Assembly (NCBI GenBank): GCA_965221775.1 | Contig: CBDCSU010000006.1 | Location: 480,001-544,000 of the forward strand | Direction of reading: 5' to 3' | From: Candidatus Latescibacterota bacterium | GTDB taxonomy: Bacteria > Latescibacterota > UBA2968 > UBA8231 | Length of the DNA: 64,000 nucleotides | Shown here: positions 29,076 through 37,634 of the stretch, in pieces | Position numbering within the stretch: position 1 is the stretch's first letter | How the letters are laid out: every line of letters starts with the position of its first letter | Program-made: the position numbers and the translations under genes | The notes under the pieces: generated by a model | The model's database searches: none | The model's input: only the letters and a program-made list of their open reading frames with translations | Told to the model about the DNA's origin: nothing

Positions 29076-29912
29076 ATGCTCACGAAGGACCAGATCGACC
29101 ACTATCACCGCCACGGCTTCGTCAAGGTGGACGGCCTGTTCTCGCCGCGCGAGACCGACGAGCTGGCTGCCGACATGGTGCGCATCATCGAGGAGTGGGG
29201 GGAGGAGACGATCGGCTGGAGGGGCCCCTGGCGCGACCGCTACCTCGACGAGGAAGAGCGCCTCAACACCAAGGCCGTCTTCCTGCACCGGCCGGACTTC
29301 TACTCCGCCGTGTGGTCCCGCGTCATCCACCACGAGGGCCTCTTGGGCGGCGTCCGCGACCTGGTGGGCGACAGCGTGCAGTGGCACCACACGGTGCTCC
29401 ACGCCAAGCCGCCCGAGCGGGGCACGCCCTTCCCCATGCACCAGGACTACCCCTTCTACCCCCACGACGGCCCCCACTTCGTCGACTGCCTGCTGCACCT
29501 CGACGACGCGCCCCTGGAGAGCGGCGCCCTGCACATCGTCCCCGGCAGCCACAAGGGCGGGCCCCTGGAGCACATCCTCGGCCCGGAGACGGCGCCCCAC
29601 CTGCCCCCCGACGAGTACCACCCCGACCTCATCGACACGGTGACGATCCCGGCGTCGCGGGGCGACGTCATCTTCTTCAGCTATCTCGCCATCCACTGGT
29701 CGGACTGCAACCGCACCGACGAGTGGCGCAAGGCGGTCCGCTTCGGCTACCACAGCACCGCCATGCGCCCCGTGGGCCGCGCCGACGACGACCCGCACCG
29801 GATCGACCCCGACAACATCCTGCCGCGCAACGACAACATCGTCGTCGCCGGGTTCCGCCCGGGGGAGAAGGAGCGCGCGCCGGTGCCGGCCTCGGTGCAG
29901 GTGGGGGCGTGA
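29076..29912 (+). CDS. Phytanoyl-CoA dioxygenase (PhyH) family protein
   Basis: AGGAG RBS; HQD, VPGSH, distal H in AIHWS. Confidence 0.9.
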   Translation: MLTKDQIDHYHRHGFVKVDGLFSPRETDELAADMVRIIEEWGEETIGWRGPWRDRYLDEEERLNTKAVFLHRPDFYSAVWSRVIHHEGLLGGVRDLVGDSVQWHHTVLHAKPPERGTPFPMHQDYPFYPHDGPHFVDCLLHLDDAPLESGALHIVPGSHKGGPLEHILGPETAPHLPPDEYHPDLIDTVTIPASRGDVIFFSYLAIHWSDCNRTDEWRKAVRFGYHSTAMRPVGRADDDPHRIDPDNILPRNDNIVVAGFRPGEKERAPVPASVQVGA

Positions 29913-32038
29913 GGGCCGTCCTGGCGCTGGCGTCCCTCGCCGTCCTGGCCACCGCGGCACTTGCCAAGGAAGAGGAGAAGGTGAAGCCCATGCCCGCCCC
30001 GGCGGCCGAGAAGCGCCCCCACGAGCTGACCGCCCACGGCGACGTGCGCGTCGACGACTACTACTGGCTGCGCGAGCGCGACAACCCCGAGGTCACCGCC
30101 TACCTGGAGGCCGAGAACGACTACACCCGGTCGGTGATGGCCCACACCGAGCCGCTGCAGGAGCGCCTCTTCGAGGAGATCAAAGGGCGCATCAAGCAGA
30201 CCGACTCGACGGCCCCCTCCCGCCGGGGCGAGTATTTCTACTACACCCGCTACGAGGACGGGAAGGAGTACCCCATCCACTGCCGGCGCCGCGGCTCGAT
30301 GGAGGCGGAGGAGGAGGTCCTCCTTGACGTCAACGCTCTCGCCGAGGGCCACGAGTACTACGACGTCAGCTCCTGGGCGGTGAACCCGAGCCAGGACGTG
30401 CTCGCCTTCGCCGCCGACACCACGGGGCGCGGCATCTGCACCATCCACTTCAAGGACCTGTCCACGGGCCGGGTGCGGGAGGAGAGCATTTCCTCGGCCA
30501 CCTCCAACCTCGCCTGGGCCGAGGACGACCGCACCCTGTTCTACATGCGCCAGCACCCCGAGACCCTGCGCTGGTACCGCCTCTACCGCCACGAGCTGGC
30601 CACCGACGCGTCGGAGGACGTCCTCGTCTACGAGGAGGAGGACGAGACCTTCGACGCCTACGTCTTCAAGACCCGCTCGCGGGCCTGGATCGTGCTGGGC
30701 CTGTGGCAGACGGTGAGCAACGAGTACCGCTTCGTCCCCGCCGACGAGCCCCGGGCCGAGTTCCGCCTGCTGGCGCCGCGGCAGCGCGACCACGAGTACA
30801 CCATCGACCACGGCAACGGCTGGTTCTACGTGGTCACCAACGACGGGGCGCGCAACTTCCGTCTCATGCGCACCCCGGAGGACGCCACCGGGCGCGAGCA
30901 CTGGGAGGAGGTGATCCCCCACCGCGAGGACGTGCTTCTGGAGGACGTGGACGTCTTCGACGGCCACCTGGTCACCGCGGAGCGCAAGGACGGCCTGCGG
31001 CGGCTGCGAATCCGCCGTCTGGATACCGCCGCCGACCACGAGATCGACTTCGGCGAGCCCGCCTATCTCGCCTACACCTACGGCAACTGGGAGTTCGACA
31101 CCTCGACCCTGCGCTACCGCTACCAGTCTCTCACCACGCCCGACTCCGACTACGACTACGACATGGACACCAAGGAGCGGGTCCTGGTGAAGCGCGAGGA
31201 GGTCCTCGGCGGCGACTTCGACCCCGCCAACTACCGCACCGAGCGCCTCTGGGCCCCGGCCCGCGACGGCGCCCGCGTTCCCATCTCCATCGTCTACCGC
31301 AAGGGCCTGGAGCGCGACGGCAGCCGTCCCCTCCTGCTCTACGGGTACGGCTCCTACGGCTACACCATCGACGCCTCCTTCGCCTCCAACCGCCTGAGCC
31401 TCCTCGACCGCGGCTTCGTCTACGCCATCGCCCACGTGCGCGGCGGCCAGGCCCTCGGCCGCGCCTGGTACGACGACGGCAAGCTGCTGCGCAAGAAGAA
31501 CACCTTCACCGACTTCATCGACTGCGCCGGGCACCTCGTCGAGCAGGGGTACACGAGCCCCGAGCGGCTCTACGCCCAGGGGGGCAGCGCCGGGGGCCTG
31601 CTCGTGGGCGCGGTGATGAACATGCGCCCCGACCTGTTCCACGGCATCGTCGCCCAGGTGCCGTGGGTCGACGTGGTGACCACCATGCTCGACGACAGCA
31701 TCCCCCTGACCACGGGCGAGTACGACGAGTGGGGGAACCCGAACGAGAAGGAGTACTACGACTACATGCTGTCGTACTCCCCCTACGACAACCTCGCCGC
31801 CGCCGACTACCCGCACCTGCTCGTCCTCACCAGCGTCGAGGACGCCGCCGTCCAGTACTGGGAGCCGGCCAAGTGGGTCGCCCGCCAGCGCGCCCTGCGC
31901 ACCGGCGACTCGCGGCTGCTGCTGAAGACGGAGATGGTCGCCGGCCACGGCGGGCCGTCGGGCCGCTACCGACGGTACCGGGAGACGGCGCTGGTCTATG
32001 CCTTTCTGCTGGACCTGGCGGGGGTGGTTGCGAAGTGA
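29909..32038 (+). CDS. ptrB: Oligopeptidase B (S9A) with signal peptide
   Basis: DDYYWLR, LLYGYGSYG, HVRGG, KKNTFTDF, GGSAGG, EYDEWGNP, YWEPAKWVA, AGHGG. Confidence 0.93.
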   Translation: MRAVLALASLAVLATAALAKEEEKVKPMPAPAAEKRPHELTAHGDVRVDDYYWLRERDNPEVTAYLEAENDYTRSVMAHTEPLQERLFEEIKGRIKQTDSTAPSRRGEYFYYTRYEDGKEYPIHCRRRGSMEAEEEVLLDVNALAEGHEYYDVSSWAVNPSQDVLAFAADTTGRGICTIHFKDLSTGRVREESISSATSNLAWAEDDRTLFYMRQHPETLRWYRLYRHELATDASEDVLVYEEEDETFDAYVFKTRSRAWIVLGLWQTVSNEYRFVPADEPRAEFRLLAPRQRDHEYTIDHGNGWFYVVTNDGARNFRLMRTPEDATGREHWEEVIPHREDVLLEDVDVFDGHLVTAERKDGLRRLRIRRLDTAADHEIDFGEPAYLAYTYGNWEFDTSTLRYRYQSLTTPDSDYDYDMDTKERVLVKREEVLGGDFDPANYRTERLWAPARDGARVPISIVYRKGLERDGSRPLLLYGYGSYGYTIDASFASNRLSLLDRGFVYAIAHVRGGQALGRAWYDDGKLLRKKNTFTDFIDCAGHLVEQGYTSPERLYAQGGSAGGLLVGAVMNMRPDLFHGIVAQVPWVDVVTTMLDDSIPLTTGEYDEWGNPNEKEYYDYMLSYSPYDNLAAADYPHLLVLTSVEDAAVQYWEPAKWVARQRALRTGDSRLLLKTEMVAGHGGPSGRYRRYRETALVYAFLLDLAGVVAK

Positions 32039-32225
32039 CACCCGGAGATCCGCGTCCGGGAGCAAGCACCTCGACATCCGGCTCGACCCGGAGGCAAGAC
32101 AGACGATGTTGCTTGAGCGCCAGGATGCCGAAGCGGTCTACGCTGCGCTCCTGCAGCCGCCAAGCATCAACGCCAGGCTGGCCGCGGCTCTGAAGGAGCA
32201 TGATCGCCGGGTCTCGCCGGAGTGA
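32035..32225 (+). pseudogene. Decayed DUF1778 (TacA-like) antitoxin copy
   Basis: Aligns with 33896-34190 but lacks the ATG (GTGACA---CCCGGA vs GTGACATGACCCGGA) and 33 internal codons; keeps IRLD.EAR and ALLQPP...LAAALKEHDRRVS. Confidence 0.8.
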
Positions 32226-32255
32226 GGCCCATCCTCTGTCGATCGCGTTGCTGCG

Positions 32256-33059
32256 GTGACTTCTGCTCTCGTTCTGGCTGCACTGATTCTCTCGGCTTGG
32301 CCTGCCCTGGCACGTGCAAGCTCTGACAGTGGCCCGGACGTGACGCAGGACCCTTCTCCAGTCGACACCAGCAAGGTCAGGGTGGGCGCCACCGTGATCA
32401 TCGTCTATGGGCTGGGGTTCCGTGATCCGCTCTCCGGCGAATGGCCCGGACTGGCCAGAGCGAAGGGGACGATTCAAGCCGTGAACGGGGAACGGTTGCT
32501 GCTGGCCCTGGAGGGGCGGGACTCGGTGCAGCGGATCGACCTCGAGCGCATACAGGGGCTCGATCTTGCGGAGGCGCCTTCGGCCGGAGGCGCCATGGAG
32601 GTCGTGGACACGGCTGCAGTCAGGTTCGCTCGTCCCCAGGTGGAGGGAGCGGAGCCCAGGAGGAGGGCGGGTGGTAAGCTGATCGCGGGCATGATCGGAG
32701 GTCTTGCTGGCGGCTTCCTGGGCGCACACGCGGGCGAGGGGCTCGACGAGGATGGACTCGAAGGCGGCCTCCTGGGCCTGGCCACCGGCTATACCGTCGG
32801 AACCGCATGTGGCGTGAGCATCCTCGATCCCCATGACCGGTTCATCTCTGCGGTGGCAGGCAGTGTGGCCGGACTCCTCCTCGGCGGTTGGATCGCGTAC
32901 GCCTCGGACAATCGTTGGGGCCTGATCGTCGGCCCTCCTGTACTTGCGACAATGGCGTCGGAAATGTGGCGACCGGAGAGGGCGGAAGGAATCCGCCTCT
33001 CCGCGGGTCCGAGCTGCGGCCTTCGCGGCGTATCCGCAGGCGCCCGGGTCCGTTTCTGA
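32256..33059 (+). CDS. Hypothetical exported/membrane protein with glycine-zipper-like helices
   Basis: Signal peptide, Gly-rich hydrophobic segments, C-terminal VRF; atypical codon usage. Confidence 0.6.
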   Translation: MTSALVLAALILSAWPALARASSDSGPDVTQDPSPVDTSKVRVGATVIIVYGLGFRDPLSGEWPGLARAKGTIQAVNGERLLLALEGRDSVQRIDLERIQGLDLAEAPSAGGAMEVVDTAAVRFARPQVEGAEPRRRAGGKLIAGMIGGLAGGFLGAHAGEGLDEDGLEGGLLGLATGYTVGTACGVSILDPHDRFISAVAGSVAGLLLGGWIAYASDNRWGLIVGPPVLATMASEMWRPERAEGIRLSAGPSCGLRGVSAGARVRF

Positions 33060-33083
33060 AGGCGGAGTCCCGCCGGTGATGCT

Positions 33084-33112
33084 TTGACAGCAAATTGACG
33101 TGATGTCATTAT
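33084..33112 (+). promoter_or_regulatory. vapBC promoter with palindromic operator, likely leaderless
   Basis: TTGACA (33084-33089)-N17-CATTAT (33107-33112); ATG follows after 7 nt with no SD; inverted repeat TGAC-GTGAT-GTCA at 33096-33108. Confidence 0.55.
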
Positions 33113-33119
33113 TGCAGGC

Positions 33120-33398
33120 ATGAGAACGACGGTCACACTGGATGCGGATGTCGAGCAGCGTCTCAAGGAGGCCATGCGCAGGCAGGGCAAGGGGTTCAAG
33201 GAGACCCTGAACGATGCCCTGCGCAGGGGTCTGGGTCCGTCGGGCTCGGAATCGGAGGAGCGGCCCTTCGCGGTGGAGTCGCGTCCGCTCCGCCTTCGCA
33301 CCGGGCTCGACCCTGCCCGTCTGCGCGAGCTGGACGACGATCTGGAAATCGCCGAGTTCCTGCGGAAGACCGCGCGGCTGCAGGAACGCCGGGAGTGA
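33120..33398 (+). CDS. vapB: VapB-type ribbon-helix-helix antitoxin
   Basis: MRTTVTLDADV...LNDALRRGL; 4-nt overlap with the PIN gene. Confidence 0.85.
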   Translation: MRTTVTLDADVEQRLKEAMRRQGKGFKETLNDALRRGLGPSGSESEERPFAVESRPLRLRTGLDPARLRELDDDLEIAEFLRKTARLQERRE

Positions 33399-33823
33399 TC
33401 ATCCCGGACGCCAACCTGCTGCTCTACGCCTACGACGAGGCGAGCGCGTTTCACCTGCGCGCCAAATCGTGGTGGAGCACCTGCCTTTCCGGGCCGGAGC
33501 CGGTCGGCCTGGTCGCCGTGGTTCTTTTCGCCTTCATACGAATCGGCACGAGCCCCAAGGTGTTCGAAACTCCCTTCTCCATCTCCGAAGCGGCCGAACA
33601 CGTCAAGAGATGGCTGGAGGCTCCGTCAACGGAGCTCCTGGCGGTGACTCGGGCCGATGTCGAGCAGGCCCTGGCGTGGCTGAACGAAGCCGGCTCGGGC
33701 GGCAACCTGACGACCGATGCCCAGATCGCCGCGGTCGCCAGGAGATGCCAGGCCCACGTCCACACCGCGGACACGGACTTCGCCCGCTTCCCGGGCGTTC
33801 GCTGGAAGAACCCCGTTCTCTGA
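33395..33823 (+). CDS. vapC: VapC PIN-domain ribonuclease toxin
   Basis: IIPDANLLLYA, GNLTTDAQIAA, TADTDFARFPG...NP. Confidence 0.92.
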   Translation: MIIPDANLLLYAYDEASAFHLRAKSWWSTCLSGPEPVGLVAVVLFAFIRIGTSPKVFETPFSISEAAEHVKRWLEAPSTELLAVTRADVEQALAWLNEAGSGGNLTTDAQIAAVARRCQAHVHTADTDFARFPGVRWKNPVL

Positions 33824-33900
33824 CTCGGAGACGTCATCGTGGCGGCCGTCCGAGCAGTCCGTCCGTGACAGGCACGGCGTTAACCCGGCGAGAGAGTGAC

Positions 33901-34221
33901 ATGACCCGGACGTCCACAGCCAGGAGCGAGCGCTTCAACATCCGCCTCGATTCGGAGGCCAGGAAGCGGATCGAGCAGGCCGCCAGCTTGGAGGGCAAGA
34001 CCGCGAGCAGCTTCATTCTGTCCAGTGCGCTGTCCCAGGCGGAGCGGACGATCCGGAGACACGAGACGATGGTGTTGAAGCGCCGGGATTCAGAGATCTT
34101 CTTCGACGCACTCCTCCAGCCGCCCCGGATGAACCCCGGACTTGCCGCGGCCTTGAAGGAACATGATCGCCGCGTCTCCCTGGACGAGGAGAAGGAGGAA
34201 CGGTGGCGCGCAACTCGCTGA
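33901..34221 (+). CDS. DUF1778 (TacA-like RHH) antitoxin, orphan
   Basis: SERFNIRL...IEQAASLEGKT.SSFILSSA...L...D...FFDALLQPP.MNP.L; no GNAT toxin downstream. Confidence 0.85.
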   Translation: MTRTSTARSERFNIRLDSEARKRIEQAASLEGKTASSFILSSALSQAERTIRRHETMVLKRRDSEIFFDALLQPPRMNPGLAAALKEHDRRVSLDEEKEERWRATR

Positions 34222-35861
34222 CGGACAGGCCCGGGCAAAGGACGTGGTCCGAGGTTCATGAAGGACCCAGGCGTTTCTTCAACACGGCCGGTCCCATGAT
34301 CCCGGCGGATCACTACCACGTTCCCCCATTGGAGCGGCTCGACCTCGACGAGCTCCGGCGGCTGATCGAGCAGAAGCGCTACTTCGTGATGCACGCCCCC
34401 CGGCAGACGGGCAAGACCTCGGCCCTGCTTGCGCTTGTGGAAGAGCTCAACGGCAGCGGCCGGTATCGTTGCGTCTACGTGAACGTGGAGATCGGCCAGT
34501 CCGCCCGCGAGGACGTGGGGTCCGCCATGCGGGCGATCCTGAGCCAACTGGCTTCGCAGGCCGAACATGTCCTGGGCGATCGGAGCGTGAGAGAGGTCTT
34601 GCGCGAGGTGCGCGAAGACGCCGGCCCCCACGGCGTGCTGCAGGAGGTGCTGGGCCGCTGGGCCGCGGCCGACGCCAGGCCGCTGGTGCTGCTCATCGAC
34701 GAGATCGACGCGCTGATCGGCGACACCCTGCTGGCCGTCCTGCGGCAACTGCGCGCCGGCTACCCGGAGCGCCCGCGCCGGTTCCCGCAGAGCGTCGTCC
34801 TGTGTGGGGTGCGGGACGTGCGCGACTACCGCATCCACTCCAGCGCCGAGAACGCCGTCATCGCCGGCGGCAGCGCCTTCAACATCCGCGCCGAGTCCCT
34901 GCGCCTGGGCGACTTCACCGAGGGCGAGGCGCGCTCGCTGCTGGCGCAGCACACCGGGGAGACCGGCCAGGTCTTCACCGAGGAGGCCCGGGCCGCGATC
35001 TGGGAGCTGACCCGGGGCCAGCCTTGGCTAGTGAACGCGCTGGCGTACGAAGCCTGCTTCAGGAACAAGGAGGGCCGCGACCGCCGTCGGGCCATCACCG
35101 GCGAGGCGATCTTCGACGCCCGCGAGCAGCTCATCCTGCGCCGCGAGACCCACCTCGATCAACTCACGGACAAGCTGCAGGAGGAGCGCGTCCGGCGCGT
35201 CGTCGAACCCCTGCTGAGCGGTACCGAATCCGCCGAGCAAATCCCCATCGACGACCTGGACTACGTCCGCGACCTGGGCCTCGTGCGCCGGCAGGGACCG
35301 CCCGCAATCGCCAACCCCATCTACCAGGAGGTCATCCCCCGCGACCTCACCTACACCACGCAGGAGTACCTCCACCAGGATCCGGCCTGGTACGTGGATG
35401 GGGACGGCGCCTTGCGCGTCGCCGACCTGCTGGCCGCCTTTCAGGTCTTCTTCCGCGAGCACTCGGAGCACTGGGTCGAGCGGTTCGAGTACAAGGAAGC
35501 CGGTCCGCAGCTGCTCCTACAGGCGTTCCTGCAGCGCATCGTCAATGGCGGCGGCCGCATCGAGCGCGAGTACGGCCTGGGCCGGCGGCGCACGGACCTG
35601 CTGATTCTCTGGCCGCTGCCCGGGGAGGACCGGCCGGGTCAGGCGGTGCAGAAGGCCGTGGTCGAGTGCAAGTTGCTCTACAAGAGCCTGGAGCAGACCG
35701 TGAGCGAGGGTCTCGAACAGACCCGCGCGTACATGGATCGGTGCGCCGCCGAGGAGGGGCACCTCGTGGTCTTCGACCGCACGGCCGGCGTGTCGTGGGA
35801 GGACAGGATCTTCCGCCGCGACGACGCGGGGGAACCCAGGATCACGGTGTGGGGGATGTAG
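34203..35861 (+). CDS. AAA-like ATPase with C-terminal PD-(D/E)xK nuclease domain
   Basis: RFFNTAGP, Walker A APRQTGKTS, Walker B LLIDEID, LTRGQPWLVN, C-terminal REYGLGRRRTDLLI...VVECK; RBS AAGGAGG. Confidence 0.88.
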   Translation: MARNSLTDRPGQRTWSEVHEGPRRFFNTAGPMIPADHYHVPPLERLDLDELRRLIEQKRYFVMHAPRQTGKTSALLALVEELNGSGRYRCVYVNVEIGQSAREDVGSAMRAILSQLASQAEHVLGDRSVREVLREVREDAGPHGVLQEVLGRWAAADARPLVLLIDEIDALIGDTLLAVLRQLRAGYPERPRRFPQSVVLCGVRDVRDYRIHSSAENAVIAGGSAFNIRAESLRLGDFTEGEARSLLAQHTGETGQVFTEEARAAIWELTRGQPWLVNALAYEACFRNKEGRDRRRAITGEAIFDAREQLILRRETHLDQLTDKLQEERVRRVVEPLLSGTESAEQIPIDDLDYVRDLGLVRRQGPPAIANPIYQEVIPRDLTYTTQEYLHQDPAWYVDGDGALRVADLLAAFQVFFREHSEHWVERFEYKEAGPQLLLQAFLQRIVNGGGRIEREYGLGRRRTDLLILWPLPGEDRPGQAVQKAVVECKLLYKSLEQTVSEGLEQTRAYMDRCAAEEGHLVVFDRTAGVSWEDRIFRRDDAGEPRITVWGM

Positions 35862-35865
35862 CTCC

Positions 35866-35953
35866 GACGGCCTGCAGCGGCCTCCGGTCTCTGCTCTACC
35901 GCCTGAGCGTCGGCCGGAAGAGCCTCGTCGGAGAGGTGGTGCTCATCCGATGA
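35866..35953 (+). pseudogene. Frameshifted remnant of a T9SS/FlgD-Ig-like C-terminal domain
   Basis: With single-base indels reads DG..AASGL.LYRLSVGRKSLVGEVVLIR*, matching the CTD end of 1462-3789 (ASGLYLVRL...RKVVLLR*). Confidence 0.55.
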
Positions 35954-35991
35954 GAAGTGGGAATGACGCCGACAGGATTGGGCACCCTTCG

Positions 35992-37149
35992 CTACCCAAA
36001 GGCCACCTCTTCCTCCAAGCTCGGCCAAGCCACCGTCAAGCCGTTCCAGCTTGCCAAGCGTTCACTGGCAGTCCCTGGCTCCCTCTCCTGTGAGTGACCC
36101 GCTCCGCTCGTTTCCAAAAGGTAGGCGAAGGAGAGTGAGGCAATCGCCCAATCGAGGTTGAACTCCTCCCGCACTCGCAGCAAGCGACGGCCATCTTCCG
36201 GATCACGTAACGGTAGTACGCCGAAAGGCCCCACAATTGCGGCGCAGCCAGGATCGAGCTCGACATCGTCTACAGACACCTTGACTGGCCTGAGACGCTC
36301 TACCCATTCCCCGAGGTACGCTGGTAGCACGGGTGCGGCAAGATCAACTTCATCCATGGCGTCATCAAGGTCGGCGTCGGGCCCCGGATATCCCATGCCT
36401 CTCAGGACGCCACTGACGTCGGCCTGATGAAGCAAGTCGCCGAGGTTCCGATAGTGCTCCTCGTCCAGCCGCTCTTCTTCTGAAGCCCGGGCCAGAAGGG
36501 TTGGCTCGCAGCCGTTGTCCTCGGTGCCCCATCGCGAAGCAACTGCCCAACGTCTGGCTGGCAGTCTCCGAGAATGATGGAAGACGGTTGTTCGATCAGT
36601 CTGCTGAAGGGCGGTCCTGAAGGTCTGAGGCGTCGACTGTGGGCCTCGCCAGGTCTTGCGCCCGCAATCAAAGGAGCCCTTGGCTTCGACGATCACCAGC
36701 CCGGAGTCATCCAGCCCGATCCAGTCCGCCTCCAGACCCCGGCTCGGGGGATCTTTCCGGATGCAATAGGGCGTGTGGCGGAACTCGCGTTTGGCCACAT
36801 CCAGCGGCACCAGGAAGCGAACGCCTTCACTCTTGCTCAAGTACGCCCGGGCCATGTAACGCCCGAGGAGGCTCGAGTAGGCGATTCGGGCATCCCGCCC
36901 TATGCCCGGTCCACGATCCCGCCAACGCAGACTCCCCGAGTTCGGGACCAGGAGTTGATGGAACAGATCAGTCCAGATCGATGCCAGATGAGGGGTCGCC
37001 GTGACCAGGGTTTCTCGAGCTGCGGCATTGCCGATCGTGGACAACATCAGGCTGTGCCATACCCCGGACATTCCAGGGTTGGACGGACTGCCACGGCGGA
37101 GCCAGATCGTGCGGCTTCCGGTCGTGGTCGTCTGCGGGCCGATGTCCAT
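35992..37149 (-). CDS. Hypothetical protein with PD-(D/E)xK nuclease-like motif
   Basis: ADWIGLDDSGLVIVEAKG followed by ALQQ; markedly lower GC and non-host codon usage. Confidence 0.65.
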   Translation of the reverse strand: MDIGPQTTTTGSRTIWLRRGSPSNPGMSGVWHSLMLSTIGNAAARETLVTATPHLASIWTDLFHQLLVPNSGSLRWRDRGPGIGRDARIAYSSLLGRYMARAYLSKSEGVRFLVPLDVAKREFRHTPYCIRKDPPSRGLEADWIGLDDSGLVIVEAKGSFDCGRKTWRGPQSTPQTFRTALQQTDRTTVFHHSRRLPARRWAVASRWGTEDNGCEPTLLARASEEERLDEEHYRNLGDLLHQADVSGVLRGMGYPGPDADLDDAMDEVDLAAPVLPAYLGEWVERLRPVKVSVDDVELDPGCAAIVGPFGVLPLRDPEDGRRLLRVREEFNLDWAIASLSFAYLLETSGAGHSQEREPGTASERLASWNGLTVAWPSLEEEVAFG

Positions 37150-37160
37150 TCTGCACCCCC

Positions 37161-37634
37161 TTACTCCTTCGAGAACTCGAACACCTCCGCCCCCGCCACC
37201 TCGAGGTAGTCCCGCGAGGACAGGATCAGCGAGTCCGTGAGCGAGCCGGCGTTGAAGGCGATCCGGTCGTTGCGGGCGACGGAGGAATCCACGTAGAGCT
37301 CGAAGGGGGTGATCGGCTCGCCGAAGGGAGGCACCGCGCCGGGGACGAGGCCGGTGAGTTCGTGCAGCTCCTCCGGCGTGGCGAAGCGCAGCTTGCGGGC
37401 GCCGAAGTGCTTGCGGATCCGGCCGGCGTCCACCCTCAGGGCGGCGCTCAGCACGAAGAGCCTGAAGGTGTCGTCCACCTTGAGGAGCAGGGCCTTGCCG
37501 CCCACCGAGATGTCCTCGCCCCGGGCCCTGGCCGACTCCTCGGAGGTGGCGGTCGGCGGGTGGTGCACCTCCCGGTACGAGATCGAGCGGCTGTCGAGCC
37601 ACTCCTTGATGGCTGGAAAGTGATCGCTCTTCAT
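37161..37634 (-). CDS. YbaK/aminoacyl-tRNA deacylase (tRNA_edit) family protein
   Basis: GKALLLK, LRFATPEEL, GAVPPFG, FNAG. Confidence 0.88.
   Translation of the reverse strand: MKSDHFPAIKEWLDSRSISYREVHHPPTATSEESARARGEDISVGGKALLLKVDDTFRLFVLSAALRVDAGRIRKHFGARKLRFATPEELHELTGLVPGAVPPFGEPITPFELYVDSSVARNDRIAFNAGSLTDSLILSSRDYLEVAGAEVFEFSKE

Noticed and set aside
32039-37160. Possible integron cassette array or prophage
   Set aside because: No intI, no recognisable attC pairs, no phage or transposase genes; mixed orientation.
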